Source of the DNA: a bacterium | Lineage (GTDB): Bacteria > Zhuqueibacterota > Zhuqueibacteria > Residuimicrobiales > Krinioviventaceae | Assembly: GCA_963675755.2 (NCBI GenBank) | Contig: CAXXMD010000002.1 | Span: 2,176,001-2,240,000, forward strand | Direction: 5' to 3' | Length of the DNA stretch: 64,000 nt | Shown: positions 10,752 through 21,034 of the stretch, one piece after another | Position numbering within the stretch: the stretch's first letter is position 1 | Layout: the number at the start of each line of letters is the position of its first letter | Made by a program: the position numbers and the translations under genes | The notes under the pieces: generated by a model | The model's input: only the letters and a program-made list of their open reading frames with translations | Told to the model about the DNA's origin: nothing | Databases searched by the model: none

Positions 10752-11736
10752 CTACAGTTCCTGCATAAATTTGGGGTGAATCACCACCACTGAACGCCAC
10801 AACCTTGGTGCGGGTTGTTGGTAGTCCGGTATTCACATCCGCCCAACTTTCACCACCGTTTTCACTTTTTAAAATGCCTAAATTCTCAGTCGCTGCCCAG
10901 ATTGTTTCAGGATCAAGGGGGTCCACAACTGTAGATAGCACTTTGAAATCACTCTTGTCTTTGGGAAACTGTTCCCAGAAACCACCACTGCTGGTGGTTT
11001 TATATATATCTACGGACCCGGTACTGAGATATATCGTGGTCGTCCGGGTGGGATCAAATGTAAAGCAATTCCCCGCCAGAATACCCGTTTCACTGTTCGG
11101 ATCACCATAAATACCACTGTTTACTGTCTGCCAGGTGTTACCATTATCGGTTGTCTTGTAATTTCCCTGGTACTGCACACCAATAAACAACTCTTTGGGA
11201 TTGGCAGGATTCAAGGACACTGAAATAATATTGTCTTCATCATAGGTCAACGTCCAGCTCGCTCCCTGGTCAGCAGATTTGTACAATCCGTTCTTGGTTG
11301 CGGCCCACAAAAATCCGTTACTGCCCATAGCCAATGCATAAATACGGGGATCAAAGCTATTGTCCCATATCGAGGCCCAACTGTTGCCGCCATTACTGCT
11401 TTTAAAAACGCCTTTGCCCCAGGTGCCCAGAAAAACCAGATTACTGTTATCCGGATGTACCACCAGCGTTTTGGCATCCTGACTGGTCAAACCACTGTTT
11501 TTAGCAGTCCAGTTTGAACCACCATCATCTGTTCGAAACACACCGCCAATGGTGCCCACATATAGTATTTTAGAATCAGATTGAGATGGTGCAATGCACT
11601 GTATGGTTGTGCTGGTTAGACCGCTGTTAATAGCCTTCCATTCCGGTGTTGCCTCGGGCTCTGTGCCGGTGTCTGCACAGCCTGCAAAGAGTATCATTAC
11701 CGATAATATTAATATGTATATTAGATTTCTCATCAT
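10723..11736 (-). CDS. Lipoprotein with BNR/Asp-box beta-propeller repeats
   Basis: Lipobox LFAGC; repeated [S/T]xDGGxxW motifs. Confidence 0.8.
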   Translation of the reverse strand: MMRNLIYILILSVMILFAGCADTGTEPEATPEWKAINSGLTSTTIQCIAPSQSDSKILYVGTIGGVFRTDDGGSNWTAKNSGLTSQDAKTLVVHPDNSNLVFLGTWGKGVFKSSNGGNSWASIWDNSFDPRIYALAMGSNGFLWAATKNGLYKSADQGASWTLTYDEDNIISVSLNPANPKELFIGVQYQGNYKTTDNGNTWQTVNSGIYGDPNSETGILAGNCFTFDPTRTTTIYLSTGSVDIYKTTSSGGFWEQFPKDKSDFKVLSTVVDPLDPETIWAATENLGILKSENGGESWADVNTGLPTTRTKVVAFSGGDSPQIYAGTVGEGIFKYSE

Positions 11737-11779
11737 ATCCCATTATAGTTACAATTAACAATTCAAATATTGATCTTGC

Positions 11780-13063
11780 TCATAAACCTGCCGCTTTTTT
11801 AAACGGAATGATTCGCGCACGTATCGTCTTGCTTTTCTTGTTCCGGTTATTGCGTTGTTTTGCAAATACATGCTCATATGCTTCAATTAAAGCCTTGTTG
11901 GTATGCGCCCAGCTCAGTTTATTTCGCACCCTTTCGTATCCAAACTTGCCCATCTGTTTACTTTGCGCAGGATTATCTAAAAGATAGGTGATGTGACGTC
12001 CAAACTCTTGTATATCGTTTGGCTGCGCGTACAGTGCCGCATCATCAGCTGAATAACGGGATTCTACCAGGTCAAAGCTTACAATCGGTTTTGCAAAAGC
12101 CATATATTCTAAAATCTTGTTCATGGTAGAATAATTTGACCACTCTGTCAACGGATCAGGATCAACACACACATCTGCCGATGACAGGTACCTGCACAGA
12201 TCATCATCCGGTAATCTACCGGTAAAATTAACATATGCCTGCTGCCCCATATCCTCACTCATCTTTTTAAAATCAGGTTGGGCAGGGCCTCCGCCAATCA
12301 TGGTAAACTGGATGTCTGTACGTCCCAATTCATCATGTATATACTGAACGGACTTTAATAAATAATCCACACCATCCTGCGGGCACATTTCGCCCAAATA
12401 ACAAACCAGAAAGGATTTTCCTTTTTTCAGTTTCTCATCTACTGGTTGAATACGCAAGCGCTCCAAATCAGGGCCGGTTCTCAGAACAAAAATATCCTCT
12501 TCATTGCGTTTGCCGCGTTCAATAGCTTTTTGCTTATAAGAGCGGTTGGTTGTCATGATCACATCCGCGCTTTTCAGACTCGACCGTTCAAGCAGCAACA
12601 ATGCTTTGTATAAAAATCCACCATTTCGATCATACTTGGCCAAATACATTTCAGGAGCCAGGTCATGATGATCAAACACATACTTTTTACCAAAGGCTTT
12701 GTAAATCAAACCTAATAAAAAGAATGTATCAGGAGGATTACAAGCCTGAATCACATCAAATCCTTCTTTAACGAGAATCCTGACAGACAGCAAAGCAGTC
12801 ATGATCCATGCATACAAAAATTCAAAAATATAACCCAAAAGTCCCTGGGCATCTACCGGCATGGTATAACGATATATGGAAATGCCATCCAGTCGAATAA
12901 ATTTCTCCGGATTTTCCTTAGACCGCGGACAGATTACAGAAACGCCATAACCATTATCTTTGAGTTTTTGTGCTTCCAGCCATACGCGCCTGTCAAAAGG
13001 CACGGGCAGGTTTTGCACAATAATCAAAATTTTACCGGCAGAGGTCTTCATAATCCCATCCAT
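11780..13063 (-). CDS. Glycosyltransferase family 4
   Basis: NLPVPFDRRVW, ACNPPD, FDHHDL, NKILEYMAFAKPIV. Confidence 0.88.
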   Translation of the reverse strand: MDGIMKTSAGKILIIVQNLPVPFDRRVWLEAQKLKDNGYGVSVICPRSKENPEKFIRLDGISIYRYTMPVDAQGLLGYIFEFLYAWIMTALLSVRILVKEGFDVIQACNPPDTFFLLGLIYKAFGKKYVFDHHDLAPEMYLAKYDRNGGFLYKALLLLERSSLKSADVIMTTNRSYKQKAIERGKRNEEDIFVLRTGPDLERLRIQPVDEKLKKGKSFLVCYLGEMCPQDGVDYLLKSVQYIHDELGRTDIQFTMIGGGPAQPDFKKMSEDMGQQAYVNFTGRLPDDDLCRYLSSADVCVDPDPLTEWSNYSTMNKILEYMAFAKPIVSFDLVESRYSADDAALYAQPNDIQEFGRHITYLLDNPAQSKQMGKFGYERVRNKLSWAHTNKALIEAYEHVFAKQRNNRNKKSKTIRARIIPFKKAAGL

Positions 13064-14348
13064 TTTGAGTTTTGAATCTGTCTTTGGCTATTCCGGTCAA
13101 ATCGACTATTTTTATCTCTTTATTGATCCGCTTTTCCAGTCCTTCTGTGTCAGTGCTTCCCAGCACCAGTACCTGGCACTGCTCCAGCAACTCAGACTCC
13201 GAGCTTACCAGAATAGATTCAAATTGCGGCAGCATATTGCTCAAATACTCTTTATTGGTTCCCATCAGATTGGCTTTATTGACATTCTCGTCATAAACCA
13301 GCACTTTAAAATGAGCATCAATCAACTTTTTAATCAACATAACATAGGGACTCTCACGTACATCATCCGTATCGGATTTGAAACTGATCCCTCTAAATCC
13401 CACACAGGTCTTGCCGGCTTGGGCAATGCTGTCAAAAGCAAAATCAATATGACGCAAATTGCTCTCTATTGTGGAATGCAGTAATGGCAAAGAGACACCA
13501 TTAGACTCTCCCTTGTGGGTTATAGTCCGTAAATCCTTGGGTAAACAGGAGCCGCCAAACGCAAAACCCGGATTCAAATAGGCGGATGACAGATTGAGTT
13601 TGTTGTCATTCAGAAAAAGTTCAATAACCTTGTCTGTATCCAGTCCCAGGGATTTGCACAACCGTCCTATTTCATTGGCAAAGGTCACTTTGACAGCATG
13701 AAAAGAATTATCTACATATTTAATAAACGATGCCTCGTCAATACCCGTATAAAAAATGGTATCTGTCAGAGGTTCATAAAGTTTTTCAAGCATCATTTTA
13801 CTGTGTTCATCTGTTACAGCCGCAACGGTTTTAGCAGGATGATAAAAATCATAAACACCACTGCCTTCACGTAAAAACTCGGGATTCACAGCAAAACCAA
13901 ATTGATCACCCGCCTTTTTCCCGGAACAGGCTTCCAATGTGGGTACGGTCAACTCTTTAACATAACCAGGCAAAATGGTGCTGCGCAGCACAACGGTAAC
14001 AAAATCATTTTTGTCACGCATGGCTGTACCAATATCCATACATACCCGTTCAACCTGTTTGTAATCAACGCCACCGCGGCCATTATCCGGGGTGCCTACG
14101 CAAATCACAATCACTTCAGATTCTGCAATAGCTTCGCCTGCATCCTGGGTAGCTTTAAGATTGCCTTTTACAACCTGATCAGAGATAATTCGTTCCAGCT
14201 CTTTTTCAACAATGGGTGATTGACCTTGATTGATCATGGTCACTTTGCGAAAACTGATATCCACGCCCGTCACCTGATGCCCAACCTGTGCGAAACATGC
14301 TGCGGTAACACATCCGGTATATCCCAAACCAAATACACTGACTTTCAT
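13032..14348 (-). CDS. UDP-glucose/GDP-mannose dehydrogenase family (AlgD-like)
   Basis: GLGYTG, CVGTP, NPEFLREG, PGFAFGGSCLPKD, DDVRESP. Confidence 0.9.
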   Translation of the reverse strand: MKVSVFGLGYTGCVTAACFAQVGHQVTGVDISFRKVTMINQGQSPIVEKELERIISDQVVKGNLKATQDAGEAIAESEVIVICVGTPDNGRGGVDYKQVERVCMDIGTAMRDKNDFVTVVLRSTILPGYVKELTVPTLEACSGKKAGDQFGFAVNPEFLREGSGVYDFYHPAKTVAAVTDEHSKMMLEKLYEPLTDTIFYTGIDEASFIKYVDNSFHAVKVTFANEIGRLCKSLGLDTDKVIELFLNDNKLNLSSAYLNPGFAFGGSCLPKDLRTITHKGESNGVSLPLLHSTIESNLRHIDFAFDSIAQAGKTCVGFRGISFKSDTDDVRESPYVMLIKKLIDAHFKVLVYDENVNKANLMGTNKEYLSNMLPQFESILVSSESELLEQCQVLVLGSTDTEGLEKRINKEIKIVDLTGIAKDRFKTQNGWDYEDLCR

Positions 14349-15746
14349 TTAATCCATCTCCAAAGCTTCATACGGGTTTACACGGGAAACGACAGACTTT
14401 ATCTTGCCTCGTCCGCCGCGGGGTATTTCATTCACATATTCTATTTCAATGTTCATCGATTTGCCTACACGTTCTTCAACCTTTTGCCGCAGGTATTCAT
14501 CATCAATGATTTCATATTGCTCATCCGGAATGATCCTCAGAATAAGCTCCTGCCGGTTCGGTTGATAGATTTGCGCCTGCAGTATGGAATCAACGCCCTT
14601 AAATACATGGTCCATCCTTCCCACAAGCCTTCCTTCCGGTGTTACGATATAATCATCTATACGTCCGCCAATAGCTGATACTTGGGGATATTGTCTTCCG
14701 CACGGGCAAGCATCATTTTTATCAACAGTCACAACATCTCCGGTCCGGTAACGGAACAGCGGCATGGCCTTGTTATTGAGACCGCTTGCAATAAGTTCGT
14801 AAAGATTCGATACCTGGTCTTTAATGGGTAACAGTTCAACAATCCCATACTCGGGGATGATATGATACCTGCCATACTCACAGGTATGGATAGCTGCTAC
14901 TCGTTCCGCATGACCGTAATAATCATAAACCTTGCACTCGAAAATCTTTTCAATGGTATCCTTTTGTTCCATGCTCAAAGTCTCGGATGAGGTTAATACT
15001 GCTTTTAACGGGAACACCATGCCCAAATTTTCAAGCATTCTGGCCAGTACATAAATAGATGAAGGATATCCATCCAATGCAACCGGTTTGTATCGTTTCA
15101 GTGCATCAATATAATGTCCGGCATGATTCATGGACAAATGAAACGAGGACATGACCAGCCTGTTATCAGCTTTGCTCAATAACCAGCATTTTCGGTTATT
15201 GGCAATTGCCGATGGTAAAATATCTCCCTTGAGAATACCAATGCGTTCCCGGGGATCTATGCCGGCCCATTGGTACTGCCGCATAATGACAGCATGCTCA
15301 AAACCAATATTTGAAAGATTCCGGTACAACGTTAAGGGAGTACCAGAGGTACCGCTTGTATAGCATTTATACAATAAAAATCGTTTATAATGTTTAGAGA
15401 CAAACCGTTCCGGCGCTTGCTGTACATATTCTTTTTCAACAACCGGCAGCTGATACATGTCATCGGTAGTCCAGATCTCATCTATTGAATCTTTGTTTTG
15501 TTTATAAAAATCATTATAAAATGGCACATACTGAAAAGCACGTGACAAATATGCTTTAAACTTTTGGTTCTGGTACTCGTTCAAATCTTCCAGGGACCAC
15601 CATTGCGATTTTTCAAGAAATGCTGAATATCGGCGATATGGCGCAAGTCTGCGTTTCACCCAGACATGGCGCAATGCATTTATTTGTAATCCGATATTTT
15701 GTTTTTTTCCAAACATTTCTGTAAACCTGTTATGCGTCCCATACAT
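14349..15746 (-). CDS. Phenylacetate-CoA ligase-like (CapK family) adenylate-forming protein
   Basis: YTSGTSGTP, GYPSS, YGHAE, MPLFRYRTGD, CPCGR; polysaccharide operon context. Confidence 0.85.
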   Translation of the reverse strand: MYGTHNRFTEMFGKKQNIGLQINALRHVWVKRRLAPYRRYSAFLEKSQWWSLEDLNEYQNQKFKAYLSRAFQYVPFYNDFYKQNKDSIDEIWTTDDMYQLPVVEKEYVQQAPERFVSKHYKRFLLYKCYTSGTSGTPLTLYRNLSNIGFEHAVIMRQYQWAGIDPRERIGILKGDILPSAIANNRKCWLLSKADNRLVMSSFHLSMNHAGHYIDALKRYKPVALDGYPSSIYVLARMLENLGMVFPLKAVLTSSETLSMEQKDTIEKIFECKVYDYYGHAERVAAIHTCEYGRYHIIPEYGIVELLPIKDQVSNLYELIASGLNNKAMPLFRYRTGDVVTVDKNDACPCGRQYPQVSAIGGRIDDYIVTPEGRLVGRMDHVFKGVDSILQAQIYQPNRQELILRIIPDEQYEIIDDEYLRQKVEERVGKSMNIEIEYVNEIPRGGRGKIKSVVSRVNPYEALEMD

Positions 15747-15920
15747 GCCACAATTTACATCAACTTGTCAAAACCCAATTACAAAATTGAGGCACACAGT
15801 AAACACTTTTCGAAACCATCACTGCCGTATCTTACGGCACCTTAAATCGTAAATCCAATAAAAACAGTTCATTGTAATCAAATTTTTATTTCTATATTAC
15901 TTACAACCATACTTGCTTTT

Positions 15921-15936
15921 TCAAAAGTTATGCCAA
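15921..15936 (-). promoter_or_regulatory. Possible sigma54 -24/-12 promoter for the polysaccharide operon
   Basis: Minus strand TTGGCATAACTTTTGA: correct spacing but GA instead of GC at -12. Confidence 0.3.
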
Positions 15937-16061
15937 AGACAAAATAGGGAATAATGCAAAATACGTCAATAATTATCTTACTTTTAGTAAAAATTTAAAA
16001 ATTATATATCTTGACATTCTGAATTAGCATGGTTAATTTTATTGCAAAAACAACAAAAGGT

Positions 16062-16718
16062 ATGAACAGCATTCCCCAAATATCCATAATTATGCCGGTA
16101 TATAACCGAAAAATCCTGATTAACAGGGCCATTGATTCAATCATGGAACAGACCCTGACGGATTGGGAACTGTTGGTCATGGATGACGGAAGCACTGATG
16201 GTGTGGAATCGCTTGTTTTTCCTCTTGTTGAAAAACACCGCAATATACGCTACAGCAAGCACAGCAATCGTGGTGTGGCGCTGACCCGCAACCTCGGTAT
16301 ATTGGCTGCACAGGGAGAGTTTATCACATTTCTGGATTCAGACGATGAATACAAACCCGATCACCTGCAGCTGCGTTATAATTATATGAATCAACACCCC
16401 GAAACAGACCTCCTTCACGGAGGTGTAGAACTGTTTGGCCCGCCTGAATCTCATTATGTCCAAGATGCGTTTGATCCCAATAAAAAAATTCACCTCAGCG
16501 AATGTTATATCGGCGCGACAATTTTCGGAAAAAAAACGGTCATGCTGCACGATGGTGGTTTCAAAGCACTGCCCTACTCTTCCGAATCTGAATTTGTACC
16601 CAGAATTATGAAACATTTTACAGTTAATAAAGTAGATTATCCTACATACATCTATTATACTGGATTAGCAGACAGTATCTGTACCAGGAAGCAAAAAGGA
16701 AAAAACAACAGGTCATGA
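16062..16718 (+). CDS. Glycosyltransferase family 2
   Basis: ISIIMPVYNR, DDGSTD, RNLGI, FLDSDD; ATG 16062 preferred; TTGACA at 16011. Confidence 0.88.
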   Translation: MNSIPQISIIMPVYNRKILINRAIDSIMEQTLTDWELLVMDDGSTDGVESLVFPLVEKHRNIRYSKHSNRGVALTRNLGILAAQGEFITFLDSDDEYKPDHLQLRYNYMNQHPETDLLHGGVELFGPPESHYVQDAFDPNKKIHLSECYIGATIFGKKTVMLHDGGFKALPYSSESEFVPRIMKHFTVNKVDYPTYIYYTGLADSICTRKQKGKNNRS

Positions 16719-17905
16719 ACAAACAAAGCCAATCCTTGTTTGACGAAAACATATTTCGCCCGGCCTGGATCGAGATCGATCTGGATGCCATAAAACACAA
16801 CTATCAGCAAATCCGAAACCATCTGCAAACCCAAATACTCGCTGTAGTCAAAGCCGATGCCTACGGCCTGGGTGCGGTCCCAATCTCCAGGACGCTGGAA
16901 AAAGCCGGCGTAGATCGCCTGGGCGTAGTAATGCTTGACGAAGCAGTAGAGTTGCGCAATGCTGGCATCCAAACCCCCATCGTAAACATGGGGTCCTTTC
17001 TTGCGTCTTTGGCCCCGCTTGTTGTAAAACATGATATTGAACAAGTTGTTTACAAAGTGGACGATGCCCTGGCACTGTCAAATGCTGCAGTCAAAGCAAA
17101 CAAAACCTTGCCTATTCATTTCAAAATAGATACCGGCATGTCCCGGTACGGTGTTCATTTTTCTCAAGCTGTAGATACATTATTAAAAATCTCCTCTTTT
17201 CCCAATCTGGAGATCAGAGGAATCATGACCCATTTTCCCGTTTCAGATGCAATAGACAAAAGCTTTGCTCTGCTGCAGATTGAACGCATGAGACATATTA
17301 AAAAGCAACTGGATGCTCGCAATATCAACATACCCATCTGGCACATGGCAAACAGCGGCGCCACGCTGGATATACCGGCATCTCACTTGAACATGGTACG
17401 CGTGGGACTCATGTTCTATGGCTATTATCCCTCTGACGATGTTGTCATGCCCTACGATCTAAAACCCGCCATGAGTTTGAAAGCCAAAATTGTCAATGTC
17501 AAAAACATTTCCCGTGGAGACACGGTGGGCTATGGACGCAGGTTTTTGGCAGAAAAAGACGAGCGTATTGGAATCCTGCCCATGGGTTATTCCGACGGTT
17601 ATGATCGCAAAATCGGTCGTAACGGTGGTGAGGTGCTGATACATGGTAAGCGCGTACCCATAATCAGCGGACTGTGTATGGATGCGTTTTTCATCAAACT
17701 TACTGATTTCCCGGATGTCCATGAAGGAGATACGGTAGTCATCATGGGATTTGATAGAGATGAAGAAATATCCCCTCATGAAATTGCAACAAAAACCGGT
17801 TCGGTATCGTATGAGGTCATATCCAATTTTAGTAAAAGATTGCCAAGGGTTTATTTGCAAAATGGTGAAATAACCGAAATCAAAAATTACCTGATCAATC
17901 ATTAA
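16715..17905 (+). CDS. alr: Alanine racemase
   Basis: AVVKADAYG PLP-lysine motif, KIDTGMSRYG, ANSG, VGYG, GYSDG, SYE. Confidence 0.95.
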   Translation: MNKQSQSLFDENIFRPAWIEIDLDAIKHNYQQIRNHLQTQILAVVKADAYGLGAVPISRTLEKAGVDRLGVVMLDEAVELRNAGIQTPIVNMGSFLASLAPLVVKHDIEQVVYKVDDALALSNAAVKANKTLPIHFKIDTGMSRYGVHFSQAVDTLLKISSFPNLEIRGIMTHFPVSDAIDKSFALLQIERMRHIKKQLDARNINIPIWHMANSGATLDIPASHLNMVRVGLMFYGYYPSDDVVMPYDLKPAMSLKAKIVNVKNISRGDTVGYGRRFLAEKDERIGILPMGYSDGYDRKIGRNGGEVLIHGKRVPIISGLCMDAFFIKLTDFPDVHEGDTVVIMGFDRDEEISPHEIATKTGSVSYEVISNFSKRLPRVYLQNGEITEIKNYLINH

Positions 17906-17923
17906 TTTTTTGAATATATCGGA

Positions 17924-20812
17924 GTGTATATGAATATTAACAAACCGGCTTTTCTGGTTCTGCTACTCTCTGTCTGCTCATGGGCCGGAAACGGGTTCTA
18001 CTCTTATTATAATGGACGCAACCATTCTGAATTAAAATGGCAGGTTATCGAAACCGAACACGCCAAAATCATGTATCATCAGGATCTGGAAGATGAGGCC
18101 AAACAAGCGGCAAAAGCAGCCGAGGTATGCTATGGCCCCATTACCCAAAACCTGGATCATGAACCACCAAACAAAATCCCTATTTTTATTTCAGATCAGG
18201 ATGATATAACAAACGGTTTTTCAGTAGCCAATAAATTTATTGCCATTTGGGTGAATGTGAATGATTATACAGACTGGACTACCGGCAGCGACAAATGGAT
18301 GCGCATGGTAATTGGACACGAAATGGTACACTATATCCATTTTTCAGCCATCAATACCTGGATGGGTCTGGTGGGCTTTGGATTTAGCGGAACACCCAGT
18401 TGGTTTCTGGAAGGAATGGCCCAGTACGAGTCCGAGACCTGGAACGTTCATCGCGGAGATCTATTGCTTCGTACCGCTGTCATTGAAGATGAAATGGATT
18501 TTAGTTCTGGCAAATGGATTACCAATGGACGTCTCATGTACGCTGAAGGCAATTCCATTGTGCGCTATATTGCGGACCAGTATGGGGACAGTACCCTGGT
18601 GAAAATTCTGAATGAACGTCAAAAGACCCTGTGGATTCCCCGTTACAGTTTTGCGGCTTCATTCAAAAAAGCACTGGATATTGATTCTTTTGATGAATTT
18701 TATCGTGAATGGCGCCGCCATGTAAATATTTATTACAACACCTATTATGGACAAAAAGAAGATATAAACGACTATGCAAAATCTCTTGATCTGCCTCTGG
18801 TATACATCAAAGGCCTGCAAATATCGCCCAATGAAGAATGGCTCTCGGTTTCAGGTATCACCAATCTTGATGAACCTTTGAATAAACTCTGCATTGTAAA
18901 AAATGATTCTACAAAAGAAACACACATATTGGTACAAAGCAATGCCGGTAATCATTTTTCTTTTTCACCAGACGGATCACAAATCGCATACTCGCGAATC
19001 CGTCGCGGCGAGCATGGTTCATTGCAAAGTGACCTGTTTATAACCGATTTGGATGGCAATAGCAAGCGTATCACTCAAGACGCTGGCGCTGAACAACCGG
19101 ACTGGTCACCTGATGGATCAACACTGGTTTGCATCAAGGAAGAAAAAGGCACCACAAACCTGTATACCCTGGCGCCCAATGGTTCCGACTTTAAACAGCT
19201 CACACATTTTTCAGGGGATGTACAGCTCCAAACCCCGCGCTGGTCCCCGGATGGCAAATCCATTATCGCTGCTATCTTTGATGAAAGCGGGAAACGAGAC
19301 ATTGCCCTGGTAGATGCGAAAACCGGCAGCATGACAAAGCTCACCAATGATGAGCAGGACGACCGCTCTCCGGTCTGGTCTCCGGATGGGAACAATGTCG
19401 CGTTTACCAGTTATCGCGGCGGTACGCCCGATGTTTATACCGTACCTGTAAATGCATCTGCTTCTGACAGTATCGGTATCCGTCAGGTTACGGATGTTCC
19501 CGGTGGTCTTTACAGCATTGATTGGGTTCAGGACAGCCTGGTAACCATCCTGAACGATTCCCGTCGTAAAACCGTTGCCATGAAACTGTCTCCTAACCGT
19601 GAACCGGAATCCATGCCGCTAAGCATCAATCCACGCTACACCTCGTGGATGACACACAGACCCCCGCATGATATTCCCCCACTGGACATTAAAGATCAGG
19701 ATGAACCGGTTATTTTAAAACAATATAAATACAGTCCGTTAAAAAACATTCAACATTATATGACCATACCGGTCCCGTCAAATCTCAACGATTCGTGGGG
19801 ATTCTATTTTATGACCTATTGGACCGAACCGCTGGTAAAACACAACTTTACCGGATTTGGTTTCTTTGATGTGGAACAGCCCAAAGACAGCCGGTTTTTG
19901 GTTTCGTACATCAACAAAACCTTTTACCCCACAATTTACACAACACTGCTGCGCATGCCGTCAACCGGTCAGATTATTGATGACAAACTGCTGGTTGAAG
20001 AAACTGTTGGAGGCGTAATAGATATTGAATTTCCGCTTGATTTTGGAGACAACCTCTACTCTAATCATACTTTTTCAGTTAACGGCCAATGGTTAAAAAA
20101 TGATCCCTATGATGTTGAGGATTTCAAAGATTCAGTAATTCCGGTTGAAAAAACCACAATTGGTGAATTCGGTTTTGCGTACACCTGGAAAAAGCAGCGA
20201 CCCAACTATAACAACATTATCCATCCCTCCCAGGGAATGGGATTTCAGGTACAAGCCTCATTCGCGGATAAAAAATGGAACAGTGACCTGACTTATAAAC
20301 ACGCCCTGGCAGACGGGTATATCAATATTCCCTTTCCGGATGAAACCAGCATAATCTATATTCGTGCCAAAGGTGAAGCGGCAGATGGCAGATTACCTTC
20401 TCAACACTTTATCGGCTTTGACAAGTATGATCAACCCGATTTTGGTATGGGACTCAAATTCTCTGAACGCGAAAGACTGCGTGGTATTAAACAATATCTG
20501 TTTGGTGATCGTTTGTGGATGGCAACAGTAGAATACCGTATGGACCTGATCCCGGATCTGGGCTGGCAGGCAGCAGGAGTAAGACTGGGACGCGTAACCC
20601 TGGCCGGTTTTGCAGATTTTGGCTCCACCTGGTTTAATGGAGAAACCGCATTGAGTGACGCGGACATTCACAAAACCTACGGCGTTGAATTTAAAAATGC
20701 AGTGGATTTTGGCGGATTCGTTTTTGCTCACGAATACGGCTGGGCGTGGCTCTGGGACGACAACACAGACGCGGAAGCATACTATCGCATTCGCGCGGTT
20801 GTACCGTTCTAA
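17924..20812 (+). CDS. Gluzincin-like peptidase + TolB/PD40 propeller + Omp85-like barrel protein
   Basis: HEMVH...PSWFLEGMAQY; several P.WSPDG repeats; RLRG and C-terminal ...RAVVPF. Confidence 0.75.
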   Translation: MYMNINKPAFLVLLLSVCSWAGNGFYSYYNGRNHSELKWQVIETEHAKIMYHQDLEDEAKQAAKAAEVCYGPITQNLDHEPPNKIPIFISDQDDITNGFSVANKFIAIWVNVNDYTDWTTGSDKWMRMVIGHEMVHYIHFSAINTWMGLVGFGFSGTPSWFLEGMAQYESETWNVHRGDLLLRTAVIEDEMDFSSGKWITNGRLMYAEGNSIVRYIADQYGDSTLVKILNERQKTLWIPRYSFAASFKKALDIDSFDEFYREWRRHVNIYYNTYYGQKEDINDYAKSLDLPLVYIKGLQISPNEEWLSVSGITNLDEPLNKLCIVKNDSTKETHILVQSNAGNHFSFSPDGSQIAYSRIRRGEHGSLQSDLFITDLDGNSKRITQDAGAEQPDWSPDGSTLVCIKEEKGTTNLYTLAPNGSDFKQLTHFSGDVQLQTPRWSPDGKSIIAAIFDESGKRDIALVDAKTGSMTKLTNDEQDDRSPVWSPDGNNVAFTSYRGGTPDVYTVPVNASASDSIGIRQVTDVPGGLYSIDWVQDSLVTILNDSRRKTVAMKLSPNREPESMPLSINPRYTSWMTHRPPHDIPPLDIKDQDEPVILKQYKYSPLKNIQHYMTIPVPSNLNDSWGFYFMTYWTEPLVKHNFTGFGFFDVEQPKDSRFLVSYINKTFYPTIYTTLLRMPSTGQIIDDKLLVEETVGGVIDIEFPLDFGDNLYSNHTFSVNGQWLKNDPYDVEDFKDSVIPVEKTTIGEFGFAYTWKKQRPNYNNIIHPSQGMGFQVQASFADKKWNSDLTYKHALADGYINIPFPDETSIIYIRAKGEAADGRLPSQHFIGFDKYDQPDFGMGLKFSERERLRGIKQYLFGDRLWMATVEYRMDLIPDLGWQAAGVRLGRVTLAGFADFGSTWFNGETALSDADIHKTYGVEFKNAVDFGGFVFAHEYGWAWLWDDNTDAEAYYRIRAVVPF

Positions 20813-20826
20813 AAATTAGAAAAACA

Positions 20827-20949
20827 CGGACCCGGAATATCCACCGCAGGTGGATGTATCAACGGGCTGTGTCCTGAGTATCTACCGCAGGTGGATTTAT
20901 CGAAGGACTGTGTCCTGAGTATCCACCGCAGGTGGATGTATCGAAGGAC
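20827..20949. repeat. Three tandem 41-bp palindromic repeats
   Basis: Unit tgtgtcctgagtatccaccgcaggtggatgtatcgaaggac at ~20827, 20868 and 20909; degenerate fourth copy at 22131-22169. Confidence 0.85.
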
Positions 20950-21034
20950 ATTTAAGAATTACTCTCTACTTAAATTCTAGTGGGACATAAAAAGCTTTAC
21001 GTTGTGAATGATTATAAAAATAAAGGAACATTCC

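Noticed and set aside
20827-20949. CRISPR array
   Set aside because: The 41-bp units are directly tandem with no unique spacers, and no cas genes are present
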